Position numbers and translations under genes: made by a program
Notes under the pieces: model-generated
What the model was told of the DNA's origin: nothing
The model's input: only the letters and a program-made list of their open reading frames with translations
Databases searched by the model: none
Source of the DNA: Podarcis filfolensis
Taxonomy: Eukaryota
Length of the DNA stretch: 64,000 nt
Assembly (NCBI GenBank): GCA_964270895.1
Contig: OZ185437.1
Direction: 5' to 3' (one strand)
In this document: positions 33,430-44,600 of the stretch, in pieces
Layout of the letters: each line of letters starts with the position of its first letter
How positions within the stretch are numbered: the first letter of the stretch is position 1

Positions 33430-34520
33430 GCCTATCGAGCCAATGGGCGTGACTGACTCCATCCCTTCCCTCCAGGCACCACGAGCAACAAAACCACCAC
33501 CGGCCCCAAACGTCAAACCCCATATATTTCATTCCGATCAACCGGGAGCGCACCGGCGCATGCGCATTATGGATTCGTAACGGGTTTTAATCTCAACCCG
33601 CCCGTTCAGTACCACAGCTAGGACAACGGCGCATGCGCAAAAGGGGGTGGGTACGTGAGGGGTGGGGGAAAGAGAACCTCGAGAAAAAGGGTTACGTGCA
33701 GTAAATAAGCGCCCGCTGCGAGTCAACCACTGTGGGGGAATCGAGAAGGGCGAATCCCTGCACGCTTCTTCACATGGGCCCAGAGGGCAGACCCCTCCCC
33801 GCCCCCACCTTCTCAACCGCCCCGGCTGCTGGGACAACAGCGCCGAGCCCTGGCGCGCCCCCTGACGGCGAAGGGAAAGGCGCCCCAGTCCTTCGGCGGC
33901 GTCGAGCGTCTTTTCAACGGCAGCCGCCCTGTGGGCCGTTACTCACCCCCTCCCGCTCCTTCCCCGCCGACCGGCGGCACTAGCAGCTCTTGGGCTGCCT
34001 CCGTCTCTCCGGTAGGCTTTTTCCCCGAACCACACAAAATGGCGCCCGCTAGGACTCACCCGGAACAGAAACTCACGTCACTGGAACCCGCTGGAGAAAG
34101 CGGTCCGACCGCCATCTTTGGTAAGGGCAGACGCGGCTCCTGAGAGACTCCCCTAACGAGATGTGGGCGGGGGGGGGGTTAGCCATTATGGGGCTAAAAA
34201 AGCCCCACTATTGACAAGAGAATACGGGTCCTCCGAAATATATGCTAGGAAGAGGAAAGAGTCCTTTCATGTCTGCTGGTTTTAATCTCCCTCTGCTCTT
34301 CCCCGCCACTGACACCTTTTAGGGTTCGGATTAAGTTTATTCTGCCGGCGCCATTTTTAGGAAGGGCGCAACGCCTTTTCTTCCGCTCTTGGCATTTCCG
34401 CCTCGAGGCGAGGCTTGGGAAGGGCAGCGGCGCGTGCCTGGTGGCTCTAAGGTGTGTTCCTGGTTGCTGGCAAGAAAGCCAGTGGAGCTGCGCATGCAGA
34501 ACGGAGGATTAGTGAGACCG
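33430..34520 (-). promoter_or_regulatory. PNISR CpG-island promoter with YY1 and NRF1 motifs
   Basis: CpG-rich. YY1-like motifs at 34036-34044 (+), 34109-34118 (-) and 34349-34357 (-). NRF1 palindrome GCGCATGCGC at 33556-33565 and 33629-33638. Confidence 0.8.
34060..34125 (-). other. PNISR: PNISR non-coding first exon (5' boundary approximate)
   Basis: In the CpG island; starts near YY1-type AAGATGGCGG; canonical donor CGG|GTGAGT at 34059 and a second donor at 34076. Confidence 0.65.
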
Positions 34521-34740
34521 TTTCGCACTTCGAGACTACTGCGAATAAGGATGAGCCCAGTGGATGGTCCTTGCAAAATTAAGACATGCCTCACGCTCCT
34601 GTGCATGTTTACCCAGAAATAAATCCTACACTGAATGGTATTATTCCTAGGTGAGTGCGCGTAAGGTTGCAAGCACGGCAAGTGAAGTAGTCTGAGTGAC
34701 CTACATCTAATGCCGCCCTAAACTGCAATTATAAACATTT

Positions 34741-35108
34741 TTTGTTGTTGTTTAGTCGTGTCCGACTCTTCGTGACCCCATGGACCAGAGCACACCAGGC
34801 ACTCCGGTCTTCCACTGCCTCCCACAGTTTAGTCAAACTCATGCTGGTAGCTTCGAGAACACTGTCCAACCATCTCGTCCTCTGTCGTCCCCTTCTCCTT
34901 GTGCCCTCCATCTTTCCCAACATCAGGGTCTTTTCCAGGGAGTCTTCTCTTCTCATGAGGTGGCCAAAGTATTGGAGCCTCAGCTTCACGATCTGTCCTT
35001 CCAGTGAGCACTCAGGGTAGATTTCCTTCAGAATGGATAAGTTTGATCTTCTTGCAGTCCATGGGACTCTCAAGTCTCCTCCAGCACTAGAATTCAAAAG
35101 TATCAATT
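34741..35108 (-). mobile_element. 5'-truncated BovB/RTE LINE with open C-terminal ORF
   Basis: RVPWTARRSNLSILKEIYPECSLEGQIVKLRLQYFGHLMRREDSLEKTLMLGKMEGTRRRGRQRTRWLD is the characteristic BovB/RTE C-terminus; (CAA)n tail. Confidence 0.92.
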
Positions 35109-35544
35109 TATTTAGAAATAAAAATCTGTAGCAGTGAATGTGACGTGCTGCTCGTTTCCATGCAAGTTTGCTTTGCAGTTAGTCCCGCTGAATTTGAGTG
35201 CAACCTACTTCGTAGTAAGTATACAAGTCATCGCAGCTTTATGTCCAAATAAATATGCTCAGAATTTGTGGGTGCACTGCAGCCACAGCCTTCTTATCTA
35301 GATAAAACCCACAGAACTCTAGAGCTGCAATCTTGTGCATTCTTATCTGAGATTTATTAAACGCAATACTTTTAATCATTAATTTATATCCCACTGTTCC
35401 TTAAATTAGCCCAAGGTCCACATTTCATCCTTTCCACACCCCTGCAAGGAAGGTTAGGCTAAGAGATGTGCCTGGTGCAAGCAAGACTGTTGAGTGGTGA
35501 GTTGAAGCCTGGTTTCCCAGATCCTAATCGGATACTCTTAACTA

Positions 35545-35770
35545 CAGTGGTACCTCGGGTTAAGAACTTAATTCGTTCTGGAGATCTGTTCTTAACCTGA
35601 AACTGTTCTTAACCTGAAGCACCACTTTAGCTAATGGGGCCTCCCACTGCTGCTGCGCCACTGGAGCATGATTTCTGTTCTCGTCCTGAAGCAAAGTTCT
35701 TAACCCAAGGTACTATTTCTGGGTTAGCGGAGTCTGTAACCTGAAGCGTCTGTAACCCAAGGTGCCACTG
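35545..35770. mobile_element. Tc1/mariner MITE family B inserted into an older CORE-SINE remnant (about 35375-35785)
   Basis: TIRs and TA TSD; flanks rejoin to a SINE-head-like CTCTTAACTACTATGCTATACTG. Confidence 0.85.
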
Positions 35771-37387
35771 TACTATGCTATACTGATTCTGAGCAAATAT
35801 GCATAAACTCATGCTGTATTCAAATTATGTTAATGTATTTTCACATTCTGTGTTGGAAGGGATTTGCGTGATGTGGGTGTGTCCCTCTGCTTAGTCCTGC
35901 CCAGCTCTGTCATGAGGGAAGCTGTAGCAATAGGCCAGCTGAAGCCACTGCCAGCAGCATCCCTAGGGTGGGGCTGGTGCAGCAAAAGAGTATCTTTCCT
36001 ACCTGCCACCTTGTCTGGTATGAGCAGCAGAGCCGTGCTGCTCCATCAAGCCCTGCCGTTGTTGGCCAGGGACTTGGATAGACTCCTGAGCTTACGGGTA
36101 GGAAAGGACCCTGATCCAATGTACCTCACACATTCCATTTGTTTCCACCTGATTACTGGAGACTCTGCAACTCGCAGAATAGGCAAGCAATAAGGGGCAA
36201 ACTGCAGAGCACAGTATCATTCAAAAAGACATAACACAGCTCTAACCATCTGCAGCTGGATCTCAAGAGGTGCATGTGCCAGATTGCCTGCCTGTGTTTC
36301 TTCTCTGACTTCTTGCAGTGACAGCACTTAACCAAAGCAAAGGTAAGGGAGATGATTCTGCGGCCACATCAAACAAGGCAAACACAGCCGCATCCATCAA
36401 TAGTAAAAGAATCATTTGGCAAGTTAGGGAAGGCATGATCCCCCACCCGTCTTAATGAAATCAAACACAATAATCTGTTTAACATCTGACATTCATTTCT
36501 GGAAATTTCCAACATCTTAAATATACAACACACCTCAGAGAAGTAAGGGAACAATAGATTCTGGGTAAGCTGTGGGTTCAAAATAAGCCCTTTCCCATCC
36601 TAAAGTGGGGTGACTTTAATGAATCCACATACTGAATAAAGTAAGCTTGGAGAAAGAATAATTTAGAAACCAGAATATGACACCGGATTTCAGTTAATAA
36701 TTTATCTTACCCCCTCAAATAAATGTAAACTGAACATTTTTCTCAACTTGTGTGCTGACTTTTATGTTTTATTTTGACAATCAAAAATAAACAAGTGTTT
36801 TTGTATCCCAATGGTATATATTTAGCAGACATTTTCATATTTTGCCTCCATTCAATTAAATACATATTCCTGTTGAACATTCTCTATACATTTTATACAT
36901 AAAATATGTAAAAATACAGTAATAGGTTCATTTATTGCACATACAAAGTAAATTATGCTTGCATTTGTCTTTGCTCATCATTATACAAGTATTCTCTGCA
37001 ATATATTATTGGCCTGAATATTTTAATATAATCCAAGTTTACTAGTATATTGAAATATTAAGGAATAGAAAATCTGTTATTCATAGTGCATTCTAAATTT
37101 ATTCTAAGTATCATCTGCGTCACAAAGTTCCCTGGTTTAATCTATCATATGTAAACCATTGAGGAAAAATATAAAATATTTCATTTCGAAATTAAGTAAT
37201 TTGAAATTCTAGACTTCTTTTCAACTGCTGTTGCCAACAGGCAAATCAAGTTCTCATTGTGCCTTATACGTAAAACAGCGACTCTTGAGTAGCTAAGCGA
37301 ACACCCTTGCCTTAGGAAGTACTGGCCTGATACTTTGTAGCCTAAATTCCAATAGATCCAGGTTTTACAGTGTGCAGTTCCAAGATT

Positions 37388-37406
37388 TCGCCAGAAGATG
37401 GTGCCA
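37388..37406 (+). promoter_or_regulatory. Putative CTCF motif
   Basis: TCGCCAGAAGATGGTGCCA versus consensus TGGCCACCAGGGGGCGCTA, matched by eye. Confidence 0.45.
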
Positions 37407-39783
37407 CTTGCACTGCTCAGTTACCATACTACAGCAGAGGTCGTATCAGATTTCCTTCTATGATGCCTCCTTATCTGAGGAAGTGTTTTACAGTCAGAGG
37501 ACTGATTTCAGTCTGAACCACAACCACACTAACATCGGCATGCTAGTATAGAGAAAAAGAAGTCAAAGGTCAGGAGCCATTTCAAAAGGCTGAAAAGGTG
37601 GAAAGCAAAGATGGAGAGGGAGAATAAGTGATGGTGGAGCATGTCTGTTATTGGGATACTGAATTCTAATTCTAGGGCTGAATATAAATACAAGAGGTGA
37701 AAACCCGAGGTAGTACTAAGAGATTGCAAGGGAGATACGGGCAGAGATCCTTTTTTCAAAAATCATAGAAAACCACTCAACTATGATACCTCCAGAAGTA
37801 GAAAGCTAATTAGGTTTTTGTAGCATGAGTAGAACCCATACACTGTTCATTTGCTATCATTAGCCAGCCAAAGCGAAGCATATTTAAAGCCCACTGATTT
37901 TAATGTGAGCATTAAAAAAGTGTAGTTAACTCCCTTTTAATTTGACAGAATTTAACTTTGGATTGCGTGAATTTTAAAGGATGCTTTTTAGAAAGGTGCC
38001 ACTGAAATTTTTAAATATAATGTCCTTATTTGATGTAGAAACCAAAACACAAATCACATTCCAGAGCTTGTGTATGCATTCTTCAGAACTCCCGTACCAA
38101 TGCATAGGTACCATTTCCTTTCAGTGTAAGAGGTTTTAACCCCTGTTGAAACAGATAACAAATTCCTGTATGCACTTGAATCTTCATGTCTTATCCCCAA
38201 AGTGCTGGAATGCAGCATTTAAAATTAATTCTGAATATGATTGTGCATAAAAAGGTACATCTGAGTAAGCTACATTGCTCTAAATGTGCATGGGTGAGTG
38301 ATGGATTTGTTGAGATACATACGTAATCTAGAAATGATCAGTCACTGAAACCGATTAATTTACTTTAAATTATCAGATTAAATGTGGGTCATCATGGATT
38401 GCTACAGGTCACAACAGCTCTCTCCCCAGTGCTGAGATTATAACATAATATCAATAAATTATCATTAAAATTGGAATTAGTGAGGTGGGTATGGAGACAT
38501 TCTGGATGTATTCTGCAAGAAACTACTCAGAGATAGATGAATACGTATGTGCATGACACACTCACTGCTGTCCTTGTTAAATTGTTAAATTTAAAGCTTG
38601 TTAAAGCTTGTTAAATTGACTCTTTCTTTTGTTTTTAGGAAGCAGTGGGTTGTATCCAACAGTGTTGCTCTGTTGGTAAGCAAAGCTGCTGTGACTGGAA
38701 AGGGAGAGAAACAATTTCCCATGATTCCTCCTCCCTCTTGCAGCCCCTTACTTCTCTTAAATATGCTCTGGAAGCCCCCCCCCCCCCGCCAAACTGCTTT
38801 GCTCCCCATTCCACTGATGGAAGCCTTACCATCGGCTAAGACACATAACTGGTTGGAACCCAATGGCTACAATTTAAAGAGTATCCTAGAATATGAGGGG
38901 TTCAGTGCACAGGAGAAACTTGGATTGTCCTGAAGCTGAAAAGGAGCATCCACAAAGGGATAATATTTCTTTAAAATTCTCCAAGTCCTAAAGTAGATCA
39001 TGTGGTGCACAGGTAAAAAATAAGAAGTAAAAAAACTGCATTTCACATGCGGAGCTAGTCCCACTGTCTTCTGTACAATAGAAATAATATGCACAAATCC
39101 ATATTATTGAGGACAGTAATAAACAGCAGCCCTGATCCTTTGTAAGAGACAGAAATATACCCCCACCCCCATATTTAATAGAAAAGAAGTTGAGTACAGT
39201 CGGTAGTGTATATATTATGTAAATCACAGAAACTAAGAAAATGTATAATTATAAGTTATCCAGTCACCACCCTAAAATGTTGGGTGTGCAGTAAATCAGC
39301 ATGCTTGACTATATGGTGCTTTGCAGATATAAATGGCAGAGAACATAATGTACGACTAGAAAATATATGGATATCTATAAGCAAATGCAAAATGCTACTA
39401 AACCTTCGTAGTACGCTACGTAAATACAATCCTGGTGACAATACAGACAACATAACAGCCTGTTTTTGACTATGTAACTTGCATTTCAAACACAATTCAA
39501 CATATAATATCTCACAAAGTGTAATTCCATAGACCAACACATCATGCAAACAGAACATATCAAGAGAAATTAAAGTCCAATGGATGGTCAGGAGAGTTAG
39601 AATCTATACTGCCTCTCCGTTTAAAAAGGAATTTTGGCCAGTGATTGGATTAACTGGATTAATTTTGTTCCATGTTTCCGTCATACAACAATATGGTATG
39701 TAAACTTGTTGTTTAATTTGTATGTTATGTTACTTAGTTTGTATAAGGATTATGTTACATCATGTTTGTTTAATTTAGAGTAT

Positions 39784-39847
39784 GCACAGCTGACGAAGCC
39801 CGGTTGGGCAAAACAAGGTATTATCCCAGAATCCTTGTCGTGCCATA
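39784..39847 (+). ncRNA. Degenerate type I hammerhead ribozyme motif (probably Penelope-like element relic)
   Basis: CTGACGA core, helix II GCCC/GGGC, AAAA in place of GAAA, helix III CAAGG/CCTTG, GTC cleavage triplet, partial helix I GCAC/GTGC. Confidence 0.55.
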
Positions 39848-39914
39848 CCTTCAAGTTTTCCATCTGATCCGATATCTACATACAAGGAACGTTAGAATCC
39901 TCAAAGCAGCGATA

Positions 39915-40149
39915 CAGTCATACCTCAGGTTGAAGTAGCTTTGGGATGAATTATTTTCGGGTTGTGCTCTGTGGTGACCCGGAAGTAACGGAGCGCGTTA
40001 CTTCCAGGTTTCACCACTTGCGCAGATTCTCAAAATGACGTCATGCGTGGAAGCGGCAAAACGCGACCTGCACAGATGCGTCTTACGTTTACTTCAGGAT
40101 GCAAACGGGGCTACGGAACAGATCCCGTTCGTATCCAGAGGTACCACTG
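39915..40149. mobile_element. Tc1/mariner MITE, family A
   Basis: TA|CAGTCATACCTC...GAGGTACCACTG|TA; reverse copy of 1616-1861. Confidence 0.85.
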
Positions 40150-40569
40150 TACATGGAACATCATAAGATAAGCATACCATATTGTGGTTATTGCCAATAT
40201 GCCAACTTAGGAACCGAATGGACTTGTGAGATGTTATATGTTGAATTGTGTTTGAAATAGAAGTTACATAGTCAAAAACAGCCTGTTGCATTGTGTGTGT
40301 TGTTACTATATCTATAAGTCAAACGTTCTGAAAAAATAGCATAGTGACTATAGTCATGGTGCGTATCTGAATACACTCCCATGTCAAGCACTCATTGAAT
40401 GTGAAAAGGGAGCACATAAGGTAGAAAGGTTCTGTTCTAATGGTTCTGTTCTAATCTACTCCCTGTACTCAACTTTCTGCATATAGAACTCAACATGCAT
40501 TCAGAAGAGAATCAGTTCTAGAAGAACTGTGCAACATGCCCTTTTTTTTTTTTGAATATATGAACTGAC

Positions 40570-40650
40570 AGAATAACAGAATTGTAAAGTTGGAAGGGAC
40601 CCCAAGGGTCATCTAGTCCAGCCCCCTGCAATGCAGGAATCTCAACTAAA
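40570..40650 (-). mobile_element. CR1-type 3' end fragment
   Basis: GAATTGTAAAGTTGGAAGGGACCCCAAGGGTCATCTAGTCCAGCCCCCTGCAATGCAGGAATCT; related copy near 62348-62440. Confidence 0.7.
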
Positions 40651-41521
40651 GCATACACTACAGAGTAGAACTCAATTGTTGAGCTTGCAACTTAACAAAC
40701 TACAGCAATGTTTTAAAGGAACACGATTAGTGAATGGCACAGGCTAACTCTTAATGGTTGCACAATAGAAAGCCTGTGCAATCTCAATCTCTCTCTCTCT
40801 CTCTCTCCCCTCCCTTCTGTACCCCCCCAAAAAGCCTTCTCCAAAGGAGAGGGTTGCACAGTGAGGGTTGTGTTATACTAGCTTGCAGTGGGAGGGGGAA
40901 AATCACCAAAATTAGATGGAAGAATTTTGCTCTAGTCTCTGCTGTACAGTCCTCTGCCTCCCCTTTTTGCAAGGTAGAGAAAGAGACTGCTTATGTGAGC
41001 TGCAACCCTACTTCTGTATTAAGGAAAAATCAGGCACAACTCCAGTTCATTTCTCAATTCATGTTTTTTAAAATTTTGCTTATCCGAAACTGAAATTTCA
41101 CTACAGTATTCAGTTTCCAAGCACATTGTTTCAAATGCATTTTGGGGATTTAAATAATGAGCATGTGGGCCTATATTCAGAGAAACATGAAGTTATTTCC
41201 ACTTACACGAGGTGATTTTCTGGTCCTCCACTCTGGTGGCAGCTCAACATGCCCCTTCCAAAAGCAGCAACACAGGGTGCTGAAACTGCACCCTCTGCTG
41301 TTTGATGGGCAGCTGCCAATCAGCATAGTAAGCTACCCTACTTATGTGTGCATCTAGGTGCTTTGTGCATGCACCAGCTTCTCAGAACGCAAGGCATTGT
41401 TTTTAAAGTAAGAAATCATGGTAAATTTTGTATTAGAGAACAGATAAAAGCACAATATTTACATGTACTGCTGCATTTAAGAAAACACAAAAATAACTTA
41501 GACTTTCAGTATTGATTACAG

Positions 41522-41652
41522 CTACAGTATTCTTTCATAGAAAAGCAAGTAAGCTTGTGAATTTAATACTCTTGATTCTGTAACTGCTTGTACATGGGTA
41601 TCACTGACATAGACCCACTGTCCTACAGTGGCTCCTACAGAGTCTTTCAAAC
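41522..41652 (-). CDS. USP45: USP45 terminal coding exon ([43 protein letters not shown])
   Basis: Acceptor GCATTTCAG; TAG at 41522-41524. Confidence 0.95.
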
Positions 41653-44600
41653 CTGAAATGCAAAAAACAAAACAAAAAGCGTTATTAATTACCATCATAG
41701 TGCAAAAGAGAATTCAATATGACTAAGCCAATAACTGAGAATTTTGAAGGTTTGCTATTGTATAAACTTCACTGAAACTTTGTTTTCATATTCTCAGTAC
41801 TGCCAGCTTTGAACACTGTCTCAGCAAAAGAGTACAAATGAGGAAAGGCAGCGTTTTCCCAACTGCAAGTTAGAGTGAGCTAGGGCGGCCTTGAAAATTG
41901 AAGCTACTTTGTTGGATACTTCCACTGCTCTGTGCTTGGGCAGGGAGACAAGGGCCAAGAGTGGGGGCGGGGGGCAGAGAAGAAATGGAAATAAAAGTGC
42001 ACAGAGCACCAAAACCCCACTACATGAGCAGTGGATTTCTCCTCCTTTCTAGCCTCCTGAGATTTCACTAGAAAATTGTCCATGTTACAAATACATTTCT
42101 GCTTCTGTGCAGGCTACACATTGATATTTTAAAGAAGAGAAAACTTAGCTTCTGAAGATACCCATGTCTACAGTTTATGGGGCTGCTTTGTAAATGCAGA
42201 ATCATTGAGTCTACAGCACAGATATCCAGCAGTCCTGGATAATACACAGAATCCTGAACAATGTGAAATCACATATTATCTCCAATGTAGAAGATACAAG
42301 ATTTCAGCAGTAAATGTTAAGTTAAGAAGAGCCCTGCTGGCCCATCTAGTCCAGCAGTCTTTTGTCATGGTGGCCAATGAGATGCCTATGAGAAGCCTAT
42401 GAGCAGAACCTAAGTGCAATAGTGCTCTTCCCACTGACTTCCAACAACTGGTATTCAGAGGCTTACTGCTCCCAACATAGCCATTCATAGCCTTACTGTC
42501 CATGCATCTGTCTAATATTTTAATGCCATCCAAGTTGGTGGCCATTATTACTACCTTACGTGGGAGAGAATTCCACCATTTTAATTATTATGTGCTGTGT
42601 GAAGAAGTACTTCCTTCAGCATGTCCTGAATCTTCCAGCATCCAGATTCAAAAGTTACTATTTATGACCAAAGGCTGGAAATCTTGAATGTGCAAATTAT
42701 TGCAAGCGTAAGAAACGGAATGTCTTAATTGTCCTTTTGCTGGAAAAAGGTGGGCTGGATCTAAAAGATAAATGTTTATTGTAGCCTGCAGAAGTACTGA
42801 ACTGATAAAACCAACTGCGTGATACCGAGAAAAGGGCATGCATTTAACATACTAGATGCGCGTGTCCCAAAAATACATCATTTTCCTTAGGTACATACCT
42901 TGAACATTTCTGTTGCTAGAAATGTGCTCCAAAATCTTTTTAGATGGTGCTCTGACTTTCACATATGCTGCATAGTGACCTCCTCGCATGGACCCACTAT
43001 GCTCCACTATTCCATAAAGAGAATAGAGAACTTTCCCACCATCTGCCACATTCTTCATTGCAAAAACAAAAGGGAGACAGAAAGAGAAAAATGTTATTTC
43101 CATGCAGTGAGTTTTGAGAACATACTCAGCTTAAAAATATAACAATTAGCAAAAACAGTGACAAGCCTTCACTAATTCTACATCTTAGGCAAGCAAAAGG
43201 TGTTTTGTTTTTTCAGCTATTACCAATTCAATACAGCTATCTTGACTTGGCAGAGAAATGAAGCTTTCTGTGATTTAAGGGGAAGCCCTTAGGCTTCACT
43301 TGAAAACAAAGACAGCTGTAAAAACTGAAGGCTGAAATTATCTTTGAAGTACTGTATAAATTGAAATGGTGCTTCTGACATGCCATACCTTGCAAGAAGC
43401 AGAACAAAACGGAGCCAAGTCCAAAACAAGAGGGAAATCCACATGACGGTTTACTTTCCTTAGACTCATACCAGCCTGAAGAAGAAATGAAATATTTACT
43501 GTTTCTACTTGAGTGCCACCTGAATCCAGCTGTACTGCAAAAGCACAGTACTGAACTTTTTAAATTCAAAGATTCTGAATCGACTACAATGACAAGAACA
43601 GTATACATAAACTGACAAATTTATTTATTTACTTGATACGTTGATAAGAAAATTGCTAAATTCAGTCATGCAGAAATGCAACATAGAAGGCTAAATTGCA
43701 GTACCACGAAGAGAAAAGCTGCATCTGTTGAAATTATGCATTGTACAGAACTAAACTGCATTTTTGAAAAATCCTATAAATCTAAAGATGCACTAAGAAA
43801 ATGGCTTAGTCATTTCTACCTTATTTATTTATAAGCCACACAGTCACAGAAAATATAACAAGGCAGTACACAACATTGAGAGCCAACAAATACTACTCAG
43901 AGTAGACTCTTTGAAATTCATGAACCTTTGTTAGTCATGTGTATTAACTTCAATGGGGTCTGGTCAGAGTAGGGTTAGCATTGGATACCACCCTAAAACA
44001 CATTTTTCTTCGGCTGCGTATAAAAGGATCAAGTCTTTGATATTTCTTCCATAGTCAAAATGTGACATGGATGAGAATAATTTTCATCAGCAGAAGAATC
44101 ACTAGTCACTCTGGAGAAAATACAATTTTACAGAAATTCAGTACAGTCCAAAATTATAACTCCTTTCAATAACACCTTATTTCAAGACTTTACCTGATGA
44201 AATCTTTTCAGATGGAGAACAAGAACAGCAGGAACTGAAGAAATCAACAGCTGCTTTCTGGCATTTGTATATACACCTTCTATTTTCTTTTCTGTACAGA
44301 AAAAAATATACCAATTTAAAAAGCATGGCAGTATTTTTATTTTCTGCAGTATTTTAAGTATGCATACAATCCGCACAAAAATCCAGAAAGGTGAATGTTT
44401 AGTAACAGTCCTATATCCCTATTTTTCAGATGGCAGCTGAGGTTAAATACGCAATGATTTCCCTAAAGTCACCAACACAGCTAAATATCTGAACCAAAAG
44501 TCTCCAAGATTTAATTCCATTTGACTTTCTACTGAAAACACTGGCTCAGTGAACATACTGAATGTTCAAAAATGGTCAGAAGGCCCTCTCCTTTTTTGAT

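Noticed and set aside
36768-37103. Cluster of minus-strand AATAAA hexamers that could end a long USP45 3' UTR
   Set aside because: About 4.5 kb from the stop in very AT-rich DNA where the hexamer is expected by chance.
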